DNA of 64,000 nt from an uncultured Hyphomicrobiales bacterium (GTDB lineage Bacteria > Bacteroidota > Ignavibacteria > Kapaibacteriales > UBA2268): the NCBI GenBank assembly GCA_964637845.1, contig CAZWXI010000001.1, positions 18,762-82,761 on the forward strand, in the 5' to 3' direction. Made by a program: the position numbers and the translations under genes. The stretch's first letter is position 1. The number at the start of each line of letters is the position of its first letter. Positions 9,878 through 20,197 of this stretch are shown piece by piece. The notes below the pieces were generated by a model that did no database searches, was not told the DNA's origin, and saw only the letters and a list, made by a program, of their open reading frames with translations.

Positions 9878-10591
9878 TCATGCTATTGCAACAGTTGCGG
9901 CATGACAATATAGTACTCTTGCTTCGACCAATGCTCTGGCAACTGCATTAATTGTTGCACCAGTTGTCAATACGTCATCAATTATCAATATATTTGCACC
10001 TGAAATGTCCACATTATTACTGACAGTAAATATATTACCCACGTTAACTAACCGGTCATCTTTCGATAAAGTTGTCTGCGACTTAGTATATTTTTTTCGT
10101 ACCACAATTCTATCAGAAACCTTACCCTTAACAAACTCCGATAATCCGCTAGCAATCATTAAGGATTGATTATACTGCCTTTCTCTCTCTTTAGCTTTAT
10201 GAATAGGTACGGGGATAATATAATCGTAATCAATCATATTTTCGATTTTCAGCCTTTTTCCTAAAAGTTTGCCGAATTCCACGGCTAATTTATAGAATCC
10301 TTCGTATTTAAAATAGTGAATTGGATTATAATACCTGTCATCATCCTTTAATGATATAAGAGATGTCGCTTTGCTGATGAATACATTATCACTATCGAAA
10401 TTTTCAAAAAAGCGATTCAGGATTCTATTTGATGGAGGGGCGTAAGGAAGAGAATTCATACAACTTATGCAAAGCATAATATATGGCGATTTGCTCGGTT
10501 CGATTAATGTATTGCAAACCGCACAATGTTCGGGAGCGGCAAACGCCTTTAAATTTGAAGCAATGTTTGTAATAAACGTAAGTGTATTCAC
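9878..10591 (-). CDS. comF: ComF family phosphoribosyltransferase-domain protein
   Basis: N-terminal CxxC...CxxC zinc-finger-like motif (CAVCNT...CISCMN) and C-terminal PRTase motif ILIIDDVLTTGAT. GTG start. Its stop abuts the surA-like stop with 0 nt spacer. Confidence 0.75.
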   Translation of the reverse strand: MNTLTFITNIASNLKAFAAPEHCAVCNTLIEPSKSPYIMLCISCMNSLPYAPPSNRILNRFFENFDSDNVFISKATSLISLKDDDRYYNPIHYFKYEGFYKLAVEFGKLLGKRLKIENMIDYDYIIPVPIHKAKERERQYNQSLMIASGLSEFVKGKVSDRIVVRKKYTKSQTTLSKDDRLVNVGNIFTVSNNVDISGANILIIDDVLTTGATINAVARALVEARVLYCHAATVAIA

Positions 10592-10602
10592 GAATATAGT
10601 TT

Positions 10603-11046
10603 TTATTTCACATCTTCAAGAGATAACCAACTTTTCGGAAAAATGATAGCAAATATCGATAAAGCAAACAATGCAACATTTTCGATAAGTTTTGGCAACC
10701 CTACTTTTTGCGGGTTAGTAACCGAGCAGCCGCAATTAATATCGAGACCTCTTGCCATAGCCGAAATGACAGCTACTATAAAGACAAACATTAGAGTTGA
10801 TGTTATCACGGCGTTTGCTCTGATTTTTATACCTGCAATCAGCATTAATCCGCAAATGGTTTCTATCCAAGGCAAGATTAGAGCTAATATGTTTAGTGAA
10901 AAATTAGGAATAATGTCATAATTGCCGATTTCGGTAACAAATTGCCCAGGATTTGCTATTTTCCCGATACCATAGCTTAAAAATATAAACCCGACTACTA
11001 GTCTGACTATTGTAGTCAAAATACCGCTTTCAATTATCTTTCTCAT
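10603..11046 (-). CDS. MauE/DoxX family membrane protein
   Basis: 4 TM helices and a NCGCS motif typical of MauE-like proteins. The track start at 11166 is TTG with an implausible N-terminus; the ATG at 11046 (MRKIIESG) is preferred. Confidence 0.6.
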   Translation of the reverse strand: MRKIIESGILTTIVRLVVGFIFLSYGIGKIANPGQFVTEIGNYDIIPNFSLNILALILPWIETICGLMLIAGIKIRANAVITSTLMFVFIVAVISAMARGLDINCGCSVTNPQKVGLPKLIENVALFALSIFAIIFPKSWLSLEDVK

Positions 11047-11173
11047 TAGATGTTTGACTAAAATTACTACTAAAGTAATAACTAATAAGGAGTGCCAATA
11101 TTTTATGAATAGCTTCAGTCTGATAAATTCAATATATTTGATGTTTATTTTATAAACATTTTTCAATTTTTAT

Positions 11174-12538
11174 ATGGCATTTGTAAGGTCAATTTCCGGC
11201 ATAAGAGCTACCCTTGGTGATGAATTATCGCCCGTGATGATTTCACGCTATACTTATGGCTTAATCAAAGCATTAGGCATTAGACGATTAGTTATTGGCA
11301 GGGACGGCAGACCCTCCGGGGAATGGATTGAGCGAATTGTTTCCGGAACAGCATTAACTTGCGGAGCCGATGTCGAACTGCTAGGCGTAGTACCTACACC
11401 TACTGTACAGTTAGTTGTAGAGAATTTTGATTTTGATGCGGGAATAATCATAACTGCATCACACAATCCTACTGAGTGGAATGGATTGAAGTTTTTAGGT
11501 TCTGACGGAATTTTTTTAGATGAAACAATTAATCATAAAATATGGCAAATAGCAGATGATTCCCAACTATTACTCGAATCTTCATTTTTCCCGTCATTAA
11601 AACAGCCGAGTTTTAATTCTGTAAATTTTCACATAGAAAGAATTATCAATAACAGCTTCATCTCCACAAATCTTGACACAGTTAAAAAGCGAAAATTCAA
11701 GATTGTTGTTGATGCTGTTAATGCTTCAGGCAGCAAAATTGTACCTGCTCTACTTAAAGAATTAGGATGCGATGTAATCCCATTATATTGTGACTTATCA
11801 GGAAATTTCCCACACACTCCCGAACCATTACCTGAAAACCTCACTGATTTGTGCAGTGCTGTCAAATCTGAACAAGCCGATTTGGGGATTGCAGTTGACC
11901 CCGATGCCGACAGATTGGTGATTATCGATGATAATGGTGAATGTATCGGTGAAGAAAAGACCATAGCTTTGGCGATTATGGCTGTTTTTGAAGCCCATAT
12001 AAATAAATCCGGACTAATAGCAGTCGTGAATTTATCTACTTCATCTTTTTCGGAATGGGTGACAAAACAATATGATGCAGAACTTCTTCGTGCTCCCGTT
12101 GGTGAGATTAACGTTGTAATAAAAATGCGAAAATCTGGCGCTATTATCGGTGGAGAGGGAAGTGGAGGTGTAATATTGCCTTCAGTGCATTACGGTCGGG
12201 ATTCTTTGGTCGGTATTGCTCTTTTGCTAGGGCTACTGGCTTCTAAAGCTGGAAAAATGAGCGATTTATCCGCCAAATTTCCGAATTATTCAATGCAGAA
12301 GCTAAAATTTGACTTCAATGGCGATTTTGGTGTATTGAAAAATCGAATTGTGAGCCAATTAAAGCCCCATGGAACTAATTTTGAAGACGGAATCAGGTGT
12401 GACTTCGACAATATTTGGTTCCATTTAAGAAAATCCAACACTGAACCAATAATAAGATTGATATACGAAACTCTCGACGATAGCTACGATAAAGCTATAA
12501 TCACATCGGTAACCGAAATTATAAACGAATTAAAATGA
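11174..12538 (+). CDS. glmM: Phosphohexomutase, probable phosphoglucosamine mutase (Bacteroidota-type GlmM)
   Basis: SISGIRA N-terminus, active-site loop TASHNPTEWNGLKF, Mg site DPDADR, sugar-binding GGEGSGG. Confidence 0.8.
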   Translation: MAFVRSISGIRATLGDELSPVMISRYTYGLIKALGIRRLVIGRDGRPSGEWIERIVSGTALTCGADVELLGVVPTPTVQLVVENFDFDAGIIITASHNPTEWNGLKFLGSDGIFLDETINHKIWQIADDSQLLLESSFFPSLKQPSFNSVNFHIERIINNSFISTNLDTVKKRKFKIVVDAVNASGSKIVPALLKELGCDVIPLYCDLSGNFPHTPEPLPENLTDLCSAVKSEQADLGIAVDPDADRLVIIDDNGECIGEEKTIALAIMAVFEAHINKSGLIAVVNLSTSSFSEWVTKQYDAELLRAPVGEINVVIKMRKSGAIIGGEGSGGVILPSVHYGRDSLVGIALLLGLLASKAGKMSDLSAKFPNYSMQKLKFDFNGDFGVLKNRIVSQLKPHGTNFEDGIRCDFDNIWFHLRKSNTEPIIRLIYETLDDSYDKAIITSVTEIINELK

Positions 12539-14961
12539 GCTTCAAAAAATTATTATGTTATCATTGTGGCGATATTTGCCCCGACGATACAATTTACATT
12601 GATGATAAGTATTTTTGTTGTAACGGTTGTAACAGTGTCCATATACTTCTCTCCGACAATGATTTATCGCATGTTTACGAGGAAGCAAAAGCGGGTTCAA
12701 CATCTGGTAAAAGATTCGTGAAAAACGAATTCGCTTTCCTCGATGATAGTGCAATTATTGATAAATTGATAAAATTTAGAATTGACAACAAAACAAGAGT
12801 AGTCTTTCATTTACCTCAAATCTATTGCAGTGCCTGCCTTTATTTGATAGAAAATATAAATTTGCTCGATAAAGGTATTATTGAATCAAAAGTTAATTTT
12901 TTGAAAAAGGAAGTCACTGTTACCTATTATCATGAAATTACTTCCTTGAGAAAGATTGTTGAACTATTAACAGGTTTAGGCTACAAGCCGACATTGAATT
13001 TATCTGATATTGAGCAACCACGGAAAGTTTCTCATAATAGAAGTCTTTACATAAAACTCGGCATAGCCGGCTTTGCATTCGGGAATATAATGCTCATGGC
13101 TATTCCTGAATATATCTCAGGTGGCAGTATTGAGTCTGATATTCGCTCATTTATGGGTTATGTGTCTATTTTACTTGGGATCCCCGTGATGTATGCCGCA
13201 TCCGATTATTTCAAGGGTGCTTGGAACGGTTTAAAAATGAAAATCATCAATATTGATGTTCCTTTAAGTTTGGGTATCCTTGTTTTATTTTTAAGAAGCG
13301 TGTATGATATTCTTTTTACCACGGAACCGGGATTTATAGATTCCCTTACAGGGCTTGTATTCTTTCTGCTAGTTGGCAAGCTGTTTCAACAGAAAACATA
13401 TCACAATCTTTCTTTTCATCGAGACTATAAGTCTTATTTTCCGCTTTCGGTTATGAAATTGGAAGATGATGGTGAAACGTACATTCCCGTAAGTAAAATT
13501 ACTCCGGGTTACGTTTTATTAATTCGAAATGATGAATTGATACCTGCAGATTCCATTCTTGAAAGTGACTTCGCCCTAATTGATTACAGTTTTGTAACCG
13601 GTGAATCAACCCCCGTTTCACTTAAATATGGAGAGAAACTTTATGCAGGGGGGAAACTAATAGGCACCGCTACAAAAATTCGAGTAATAAAAAAATTCTC
13701 AAGTAGTTATCTTACTGAGTTATGGAACTCAAAATCATTCGATAAAGCAAAAGAATCAACAATTTCGAATATATCAAATACAGCTGCAAAATATTTTACG
13801 GGAATAATATTGTTGATTGCAATTGCAACTACCTTTTACTGGGTACCTAAGGATTTGAATATTGCCATGAATGCGGTAACAGCTGTTTTGATTATCGCAT
13901 GTCCCTGTGCAATTGCCTTGTCAATCCCATTTTCATACGGTACGACTATGAGAATTCTGGGGAATCGAAACTTATTCTTAAAAAGCGACAAAATCGTCGA
14001 ATATTTGACTTTTGCAAATACTATCATTTTCGATAAAACCGGCACACTTACCGAGATGAGTAAGTCCGAGATCAATTTTATTGGAGAAAGTCTTCCTGGC
14101 AAATCATTAATAGCTGTGAAAAGCCTTGCCCAAAATTCCACTCATCCTTTGAGTCGAATTATTGCTGATAGTCTGAATTGTACATACCTCGAACTACATG
14201 ATTTTGAAGAAGTACCCGGCAAAGGAACAAAAGCTATTCTTGATGGTGTTCCTTACTTGCTTGGCAGCAAACAATGGATGTATGATAATGGAATTTCGAT
14301 TATCTTAGATAAATTTAATACTCAAACTGACTTTAATACTGAGTCAAGAGTTTATGTTTCAGAGGCTAATACTTTGCTCGGCTATTTTGCCATAAGTTCA
14401 AAATACAGACATAGGCTTAAATCGCTGTTTTCGAGTTTAAAAGATAAATTTCATTTGTATATTTTGTCGGGAGATAATGATTCGGAGCGGAGTAATCTAG
14501 AACAAATCGCAGGCGATAACGTTGAAATGCACTTCAACTTAATGCCTCAGGATAAATATGATTTCATTGCAAATTTACAAACACAAGGCAAGAAAGCTAT
14601 TATGCTTGGCGACGGTTTGAATGATGCGGGCGCACTGAACAAAAGCGATGTAGGTATAGCCGTTACAGAGTTAGATTCAAACTTCACACCGGGTTCTGAC
14701 GCGATTCTTTTAGCTCAAGAACTTCCTGGTTTTCCGCAAATGCTTAGATTGGCTAAAAACGGTGTCAATACCGTCTTGGTGAGTTATATTTTATCAGTCA
14801 TATATCATACTATTGGTTTTTATTTTGCTGTACAAGGTTTACTTTCACCATTGATAGCGGCAATACTTATGCCTTTGAGTTCAATAAGCGTTATTGCTTT
14901 GACTGTCGGTTCAGCTTTATTGGCTGATAAGCGTATAAGGAGAAACTATGGCACTAATTAA
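12535..14961 (+). CDS. ccoI: Copper-translocating P1B-type ATPase, CcoI/FixI type
   Basis: N-terminal Cys-rich ATPase-associated domain (CYHCGDIC...CCNGCNSV), HMA-like CSAC, TGES, CPC in TM6, DKTGTLT, GDGLNDAG. Sits directly upstream of ccoS-ccoNO. Confidence 0.85.
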   Translation: MSFKKLLCYHCGDICPDDTIYIDDKYFCCNGCNSVHILLSDNDLSHVYEEAKAGSTSGKRFVKNEFAFLDDSAIIDKLIKFRIDNKTRVVFHLPQIYCSACLYLIENINLLDKGIIESKVNFLKKEVTVTYYHEITSLRKIVELLTGLGYKPTLNLSDIEQPRKVSHNRSLYIKLGIAGFAFGNIMLMAIPEYISGGSIESDIRSFMGYVSILLGIPVMYAASDYFKGAWNGLKMKIINIDVPLSLGILVLFLRSVYDILFTTEPGFIDSLTGLVFFLLVGKLFQQKTYHNLSFHRDYKSYFPLSVMKLEDDGETYIPVSKITPGYVLLIRNDELIPADSILESDFALIDYSFVTGESTPVSLKYGEKLYAGGKLIGTATKIRVIKKFSSSYLTELWNSKSFDKAKESTISNISNTAAKYFTGIILLIAIATTFYWVPKDLNIAMNAVTAVLIIACPCAIALSIPFSYGTTMRILGNRNLFLKSDKIVEYLTFANTIIFDKTGTLTEMSKSEINFIGESLPGKSLIAVKSLAQNSTHPLSRIIADSLNCTYLELHDFEEVPGKGTKAILDGVPYLLGSKQWMYDNGISIILDKFNTQTDFNTESRVYVSEANTLLGYFAISSKYRHRLKSLFSSLKDKFHLYILSGDNDSERSNLEQIAGDNVEMHFNLMPQDKYDFIANLQTQGKKAIMLGDGLNDAGALNKSDVGIAVTELDSNFTPGSDAILLAQELPGFPQMLRLAKNGVNTVLVSYILSVIYHTIGFYFAVQGLLSPLIAAILMPLSSISVIALTVGSALLADKRIRRNYGTN

Positions 14962-15128
14962 TTTATTTTAACTAACGAAGTTACTTCTTACAACAATTAG
15001 ATAACAGAATAAAAAAACAAGTTTTTTAGACAAACCAAAACTCGTAGTTTTATAAACTAGGGAAGAACAATTATTTGTAAAGTTTAAAAGTATTTCTTTT
15101 ATTTGTGAATTGAGAAACAAGGAATGCG

Positions 15129-15302
15129 ATGTCAGTTATAATAATTTTGATGAGTGCCTCTCTTTTCGTGGCTTTAATCTTTCTAACTGCGTTTCTATGG
15201 GCAGTCAAAAACGAGCAATATGATGATACGTTCACCCCTTCCCTGAGAATATTGAATGATGACAATAGTAATGTTAAACATAAAAACGGAGCAAATGAAT
15301 GA
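15129..15302 (+). CDS. ccoS: cbb3 oxidase maturation protein CcoS/FixS (57 aa, absent from the supplied ORF track)
   Basis: Hand translation: MSVIIILMSASLFVALIFLTAFLWAVKNEQYDDTFTPSLRILNDDNSNVKHKNGANE. One TM helix plus the CcoS hallmark W-A-x-K-x-x-Q-Y-D-D...R-I-L. Its stop TGA overlaps the ccoNO ATG (ATGA). Confidence 0.8.
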   Translation: MSVIIILMSASLFVALIFLTAFLWAVKNEQYDDTFTPSLRILNDDNSNVKHKNGANE

Positions 15303-17467
15303 GTAATAATGCTACCAATTCTTTAAATCCAAGTAATCTCGAAACATTCAGCTATGACAACAAAATCGTTCGCGATTTTGCTTTGGCAACCATCATATGG
15401 GGGATCGTCGGATTTCTTGTAGGTGTTATCATAGCGATACAGTTATTTGCCCCTGCATATTTTCCGTTTCTTGATGTAGGGATTTCCTATCTGTCATTCG
15501 GAAGATTGAGACCTCTGCACACTAATGCGGTAATTTTTGCATTCGTTGGTAATGCAATTTTTATGGGTGTTTATTACTCCTTACCTCGACTGGCTAAAAC
15601 GCCGATGTGGAGTACCTTATTCAGTAAATTCCATTTTTGGGGATGGCAGCTAATCATTGTTGCGGCGGCAGTTACATTTCCGCTCGGACTTACCCAAGGT
15701 AAAGAATATGCAGAGTTGATTTGGCCTATTGACATAGCTGTTGCTATTGTTTGGGTGATTTTCGGTATTAACATGATGATGACCCTTATCAAAAGGCGTG
15801 AACGGCACATGTATGTCGCAATCTGGTTTTATATCGCCTCATGGGTGACCGTTGCTGTTTTGCACATCGTCAATTCTCTTGTCATACCATATTCTTTCCT
15901 CGGTAGCTATCCAATTTACACAGGAGTTCAGGACGCACTTGTACAATGGTGGTATGGTCATAATGCCGTTGCTTTTTTCCTGACAACACCTTTCTTGGGC
16001 TTGATGTATTATTTTCTACCTAAAGCTGCAAACAGACCTGTTTACTCATATCGTTTATCAATCATACATTTTTGGTCATTAATATTTTTATATATTTGGG
16101 CCGGGCCCCACCATCTTCTGTATTCTGCAATTCCTGATTGGGTGCAATCTCTTGGTACAATCTTTTCAGTGATGCTTATTGCTCCATCATGGGGTGGTAT
16201 GATTAACGGCTTACTAACTCTGCGTGGTGCTTGGGATAAAGTCCGGGAAGACCCAATTCTTAAATTTATGGTTGTAGCAATTACAGCATACGGTATGGCT
16301 GTATTTGAAGGTCCTATGCTTTCGATTAAAAGTTTCAATGCCCTATCGCATTTCACTGATTGGACTGTAGCTCACGTTCATATTGGTGCCTTAGGATGGA
16401 ATGGAATGCTGACGTTCGGAATCCTATATTGGCTCATACCCAAACTATGGAAAACGGAATTATTTTCCAAAAAACTCGCGAATGTGCATTTGTGGATAGG
16501 CTTCTTAGGTATAATTATTTATGCAGCCCCTCTATATTGGGCTGGTATCACGCAAGGTCTCATGTGGAAGCAATTCTCTCCCGAAGGTTTTCTCATGTAT
16601 CGTAACTTTTTGGAAACTGTAACTCATCTTATTCCGATGTATGTTATACGTACTCTCGGGGGAACTTTATTCTTGGTGGGAGCGATAATTATGCTCTACA
16701 ACCTTATGATGACAATGAAGCGAGGTACTTTTATAGCATTTGAGACGTTCAAAGCTCCTCCACTGGAAGCACACAAACCCAAATTTAATCACAGATGGCT
16801 CGAAGGTAAACCAATGCCCTTCCTCATAGCTTCGCTTGTGGTGATTTTAGTGGGCGGTGTATTTGAAATTGTTCCAATGCAAGTCATTAAATCCAATGTA
16901 CCAACAATAAGCAGTGTTAGACCATACACTCCACTCGAACTTATCGGGCGGGATATTTATATTCGCGAGGGTTGTTATACATGCCATTCTCAAATGATTA
17001 GACCTTTCCGAAACGAGACTGAACGTTATGGTGAATATTCCAAAGCAGGTGAGTATATTTACGATACGCCCTTCCAATGGGGCTCAAAGCGTATTGGTCC
17101 AGATTTGCACAGAATCGGTGGAAAGTATCCACATGCTTGGCATTATCAACATATGTACGACCCGCAGTCTATTTCTCCCGGCTCTATAATGCCACGCTAT
17201 CCGTGGCTGTTGGAAAATTCTTATACAACTTCTGATATCCCATCGAAAATACGTGCGTTAATCTTTCTCAACTTCCCATATCCCGAAGAATATGACAAGG
17301 TTGCAAACTTAGACGTTGCTACTCAAGCGGCAGAAATAACTGAGGAGTTGAAAACATCTAATATAAATACTACGGCCGACAAAGAAATAATAGCTCTCAT
17401 AGCATACTTACAACGACTTGGCACTGACATTAAGGGCGAGACAAAACCGATTATAGGAAGCAGGTAG
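15299..17467 (+). CDS. ccoNO: cbb3-type cytochrome c oxidase, fused subunits I and II (CcoN-CcoO)
   Basis: First ~480 aa form a 12+ TM heme-copper oxidase domain (WWYGHNAV, HHLLYS, HVHIGALGW). The C-terminal ~230 aa form CcoO with one heme c site, CYTCHSQMIRP. Confidence 0.9.
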   Translation: MSNNATNSLNPSNLETFSYDNKIVRDFALATIIWGIVGFLVGVIIAIQLFAPAYFPFLDVGISYLSFGRLRPLHTNAVIFAFVGNAIFMGVYYSLPRLAKTPMWSTLFSKFHFWGWQLIIVAAAVTFPLGLTQGKEYAELIWPIDIAVAIVWVIFGINMMMTLIKRRERHMYVAIWFYIASWVTVAVLHIVNSLVIPYSFLGSYPIYTGVQDALVQWWYGHNAVAFFLTTPFLGLMYYFLPKAANRPVYSYRLSIIHFWSLIFLYIWAGPHHLLYSAIPDWVQSLGTIFSVMLIAPSWGGMINGLLTLRGAWDKVREDPILKFMVVAITAYGMAVFEGPMLSIKSFNALSHFTDWTVAHVHIGALGWNGMLTFGILYWLIPKLWKTELFSKKLANVHLWIGFLGIIIYAAPLYWAGITQGLMWKQFSPEGFLMYRNFLETVTHLIPMYVIRTLGGTLFLVGAIIMLYNLMMTMKRGTFIAFETFKAPPLEAHKPKFNHRWLEGKPMPFLIASLVVILVGGVFEIVPMQVIKSNVPTISSVRPYTPLELIGRDIYIREGCYTCHSQMIRPFRNETERYGEYSKAGEYIYDTPFQWGSKRIGPDLHRIGGKYPHAWHYQHMYDPQSISPGSIMPRYPWLLENSYTTSDIPSKIRALIFLNFPYPEEYDKVANLDVATQAAEITEELKTSNINTTADKEIIALIAYLQRLGTDIKGETKPIIGSR

Positions 17468-17476
17468 GAGAATAAT

Positions 17477-17683
17477 ATGTTCAGACAAATATTTCAAAAT
17501 ATACAAGGCATTGAGTTACTTCCTACGCTAACGCTGTTGTTTTTTTTCACTTTTTTTATTGTGATAGTGATTATGGCATTAAAGCTTGACAAAAAATTTA
17601 TTGATTATATGGGTATTCTGCCATTGGAAAACGATAATAATTCAAATCAAACTGTTTGCGGAGATAACAATGACTCAAAATGA
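17477..17683 (+). CDS. ccoQ: Small single-TM protein in the CcoQ/FixQ position
   Basis: 68 aa with one TM helix, located between ccoNO and ccoP. Assigned by position and size only. Confidence 0.5.
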   Translation: MFRQIFQNIQGIELLPTLTLLFFFTFFIVIVIMALKLDKKFIDYMGILPLENDNNSNQTVCGDNNDSK

Positions 17684-18236
17684 TGAAAAATTATTAGACC
17701 ATAATTATGACGGCATTCTCGAATATGACAATCCTTTACCACGCTGGTGGGTATGGTTGTTTATTATCACTGTTATTTGGGGGGCTGCTTATATGTTTTA
17801 TTACCACGTAGCAGGTATTGGACCAAATCAACATGAGGAATATCTTGCAGAGTTTAAGACCGGCTCAAACGATGCTTTAAGACTTATACAACAGATGAAT
17901 GAAAAATGGGCTTCTATATCATTTACCATACTTAACGATGAATCATCCCTTGCAACCGGACAGCAAGTCTATATAAAGAATTGTGCGTCTTGCCACGGAA
18001 ATTACGGCGAGGGCGGAATTGGACCCAACTTGACTGACAATTACTATATTCATGGGGGCGGAATTAAGAACGTCATGAATGTCATTATTAACGGTGTTCC
18101 CGAAAAAGGTATGATTTCGTGGAAACCACTGCTTACTCCCGAAGAAGTTCAAATGGCTGCGAGCTATATTCTTACACTAAAAGGCACTCAGCCCGCAAAT
18201 GCAAAAGCACCTGAAGGCAAACTCTGGGAGGAGTAG
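17670..18236 (+). CDS. ccoP: cbb3 oxidase subunit III CcoP, with a single heme c motif
   Basis: CcoP N-terminal signature HNYDGILEYDNPLPRWW, a TM helix, and one CxxCH (CASCHG). The track start at 17586 is TTG; the ATG at 17670 overlaps the ccoQ end. Confidence 0.8.
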   Translation: MTQNDEKLLDHNYDGILEYDNPLPRWWVWLFIITVIWGAAYMFYYHVAGIGPNQHEEYLAEFKTGSNDALRLIQQMNEKWASISFTILNDESSLATGQQVYIKNCASCHGNYGEGGIGPNLTDNYYIHGGGIKNVMNVIINGVPEKGMISWKPLLTPEEVQMAASYILTLKGTQPANAKAPEGKLWEE

Positions 18237-18263
18237 AATTTTATTAAATAACTCTTATTAACT

Positions 18264-19730
18264 ATGAGTGATTTCAAAGAGTTAAAAGTAGTTGGCGAGA
18301 ACGACACAATTTTTGACGAAACAGATAAATTAATTACAGAAACCGGACTATCTTTCCGGGATAGAGTATCTAATATAGATAAAAAAGGTAACCGAATTTG
18401 GATATATCCTAAAAAGCCCGAAGGGAAATTTCATTTTTGGAGAAGCATTGTTGCCGTATCGCTGTTGGCTTTTATGTTCATTATGCCGTTCATCAACGTT
18501 GAAGGCAGACCTTACATGCTTTTCAATATTTTCGAAAGAAAGTTCATTATCTTCGGTGTTGTATTCTGGCCCCAGGATTTTTACATATTTGCTCTTGCCT
18601 TTTTAGCGTTGATTGTCTTTATTATATTATTTACGGCAGTTTATGGTCGAATATGGTGCGGTTGGGCTTGTCCGCAAACAATATTCATGGAAATGGTATT
18701 CCGTAAAATCGAATACTGGATTGAAGGCGACTACAAACAGCAAATGGCACTTGCCAAGGCCCCTTGGAATGCCAATAAAATATTCAAACGTGTAGCAAAA
18801 AAGGGGATTTTCATAATATTGTCATTTGTCATCAGCAATCTGTTTTTAGCTTATATTATCGGTATCGAAGAACTTAAAAAATATATGATTGACGGACCTT
18901 TTGAGCACTTTGCATCATTTACGTTTGTTGTTGTGTTTGCAGGACTATTCTATTTTATCTTTTCTTGGTTTAGAGAGCAAGCATGCACATATATTTGTCC
19001 ATACGGAAGATTACAATCTGTTTTACTTGATAAGAATTCAATAGTCATTGGCTACGATATAAAACGCGGCGAACCGAGAGAAAAATTTAAGAAGAATCGA
19101 AACAAAGATTTAGGGGATTGTGTCGATTGTGGTGCTTGTGTCAGGGTTTGTCCGACCGGAATTGACATTCGCAACGGCACCCAACTCGAATGTATCAACT
19201 GCGCTGCATGTATTGACGCCTGCGATGACGTCATGGTCAAAATCAATAAACCAAAGAATTTGATACGTTATGCTTCGGAAGCTCAACTTAATGAAGGTAG
19301 TAACTTCAAGATTACAACCCGGATTTTGCTTTATTCATTAGTATTGTTATTGCTAACGGGAATTGTGAGCTATTTAATGTTTACAAGGAGTGATATCGAA
19401 GCTACAATACTCAAAGCAAAAGGCACAATTTATCAGCATACGGATAATGGCATCGCAAATGTTTATACCGCTACAATTATAAACAAAACCTTTAGACATA
19501 TGGATTTTCGCTTCGAACTCTTTGATATACCCGGGAAAATCAGTTTAATCGGAAAAGAATCTTTATTTGTGGCTCCCGAAAGTGTTACAGATGCTACATT
19601 TATACTTGAACTACCAACAGAATATGTCAAAGCTACGCGTAATGATATATACATCGGTATATATTCCGGTGATGAACTGATTCAAAAAGTAAAAACCGGC
19701 TTTACTGGACCTGTGCCGAAAATAAAATAG
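18264..19730 (+). CDS. ccoG: Cytochrome c oxidase accessory protein CcoG/FixG (4Fe-4S)
   Basis: TM helices plus two ferredoxin motifs (CVDCGACVRVCP and CINCAACIDACD), and a C-terminal Ig-like FixG domain. Confidence 0.85.
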   Translation: MSDFKELKVVGENDTIFDETDKLITETGLSFRDRVSNIDKKGNRIWIYPKKPEGKFHFWRSIVAVSLLAFMFIMPFINVEGRPYMLFNIFERKFIIFGVVFWPQDFYIFALAFLALIVFIILFTAVYGRIWCGWACPQTIFMEMVFRKIEYWIEGDYKQQMALAKAPWNANKIFKRVAKKGIFIILSFVISNLFLAYIIGIEELKKYMIDGPFEHFASFTFVVVFAGLFYFIFSWFREQACTYICPYGRLQSVLLDKNSIVIGYDIKRGEPREKFKKNRNKDLGDCVDCGACVRVCPTGIDIRNGTQLECINCAACIDACDDVMVKINKPKNLIRYASEAQLNEGSNFKITTRILLYSLVLLLLTGIVSYLMFTRSDIEATILKAKGTIYQHTDNGIANVYTATIINKTFRHMDFRFELFDIPGKISLIGKESLFVAPESVTDATFILELPTEYVKATRNDIYIGIYSGDELIQKVKTGFTGPVPKIK

Positions 19731-19746
19731 TATTAGGAGAATAAAA

Positions 19747-20193
19747 ATGAAAATTTTTCTAAACTGGGGATTAGGAGTTACTGTATTCTACATAACTTTC
19801 GTAGTTGCTTTGGTAACACTCGTTGTGGTTGTATCTCAAGATAAAGTTGACTTAGTAGTCGAAGATTATTATGCGCAAGACCAGATATACCAACAACAGA
19901 TTGACAAAATTATCAGGACTAAAGCTCTTACCGAGCAAGTCAAAGTAGTGAATAGCGGAAATAGTATAGTTGTAAAATTTCCCCAATATCTCGAATCTGT
20001 AATAAGCGGAGATATTTTACTGTATAAACCCAACAATTCAAAATTGGACATAATATTGCCAATCGAAACCAATGAAAACAAGATTCAAATTATTAACTCA
20101 GAAAAATTAACAAAAGGATTTTGGAAAGTCAAAATTGATTGGATGTGCAATGATTCAACTTACTACAACGAAGATTTTATTATTATAAATTGA
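19747..20193 (+). CDS. ccoH: FixH/CcoH family protein
   Basis: N-terminal TM anchor, ~148 aa, in the canonical position after ccoG. Confidence 0.65.
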   Translation: MKIFLNWGLGVTVFYITFVVALVTLVVVVSQDKVDLVVEDYYAQDQIYQQQIDKIIRTKALTEQVKVVNSGNSIVVKFPQYLESVISGDILLYKPNNSKLDIILPIETNENKIQIINSEKLTKGFWKVKIDWMCNDSTYYNEDFIIIN

Positions 20194-20197
20194 TTTG

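Noticed and set aside
15071-15265. 64-aa minus-strand ORF in the ccoI-ccoNO spacer.
   Set aside because: It is antisense to the CcoS coding sequence, which has a clear family signature and overlaps the ccoNO start.
17586-17669. N-terminal extensions in the ORF track that begin at TTG or GTG. Affected ORFs start at 1904, 4205, 11166, 17586, 20195, 36399, 44303, 51998, 59549 and 62489. The in-frame ATG at 27669 is a similar case.
   Set aside because: In each case a downstream ATG gives a canonical N-terminus, signal peptide, SD spacing or stop-start overlap with the upstream gene. The extensions overlap neighbouring genes or encode implausible sequence.
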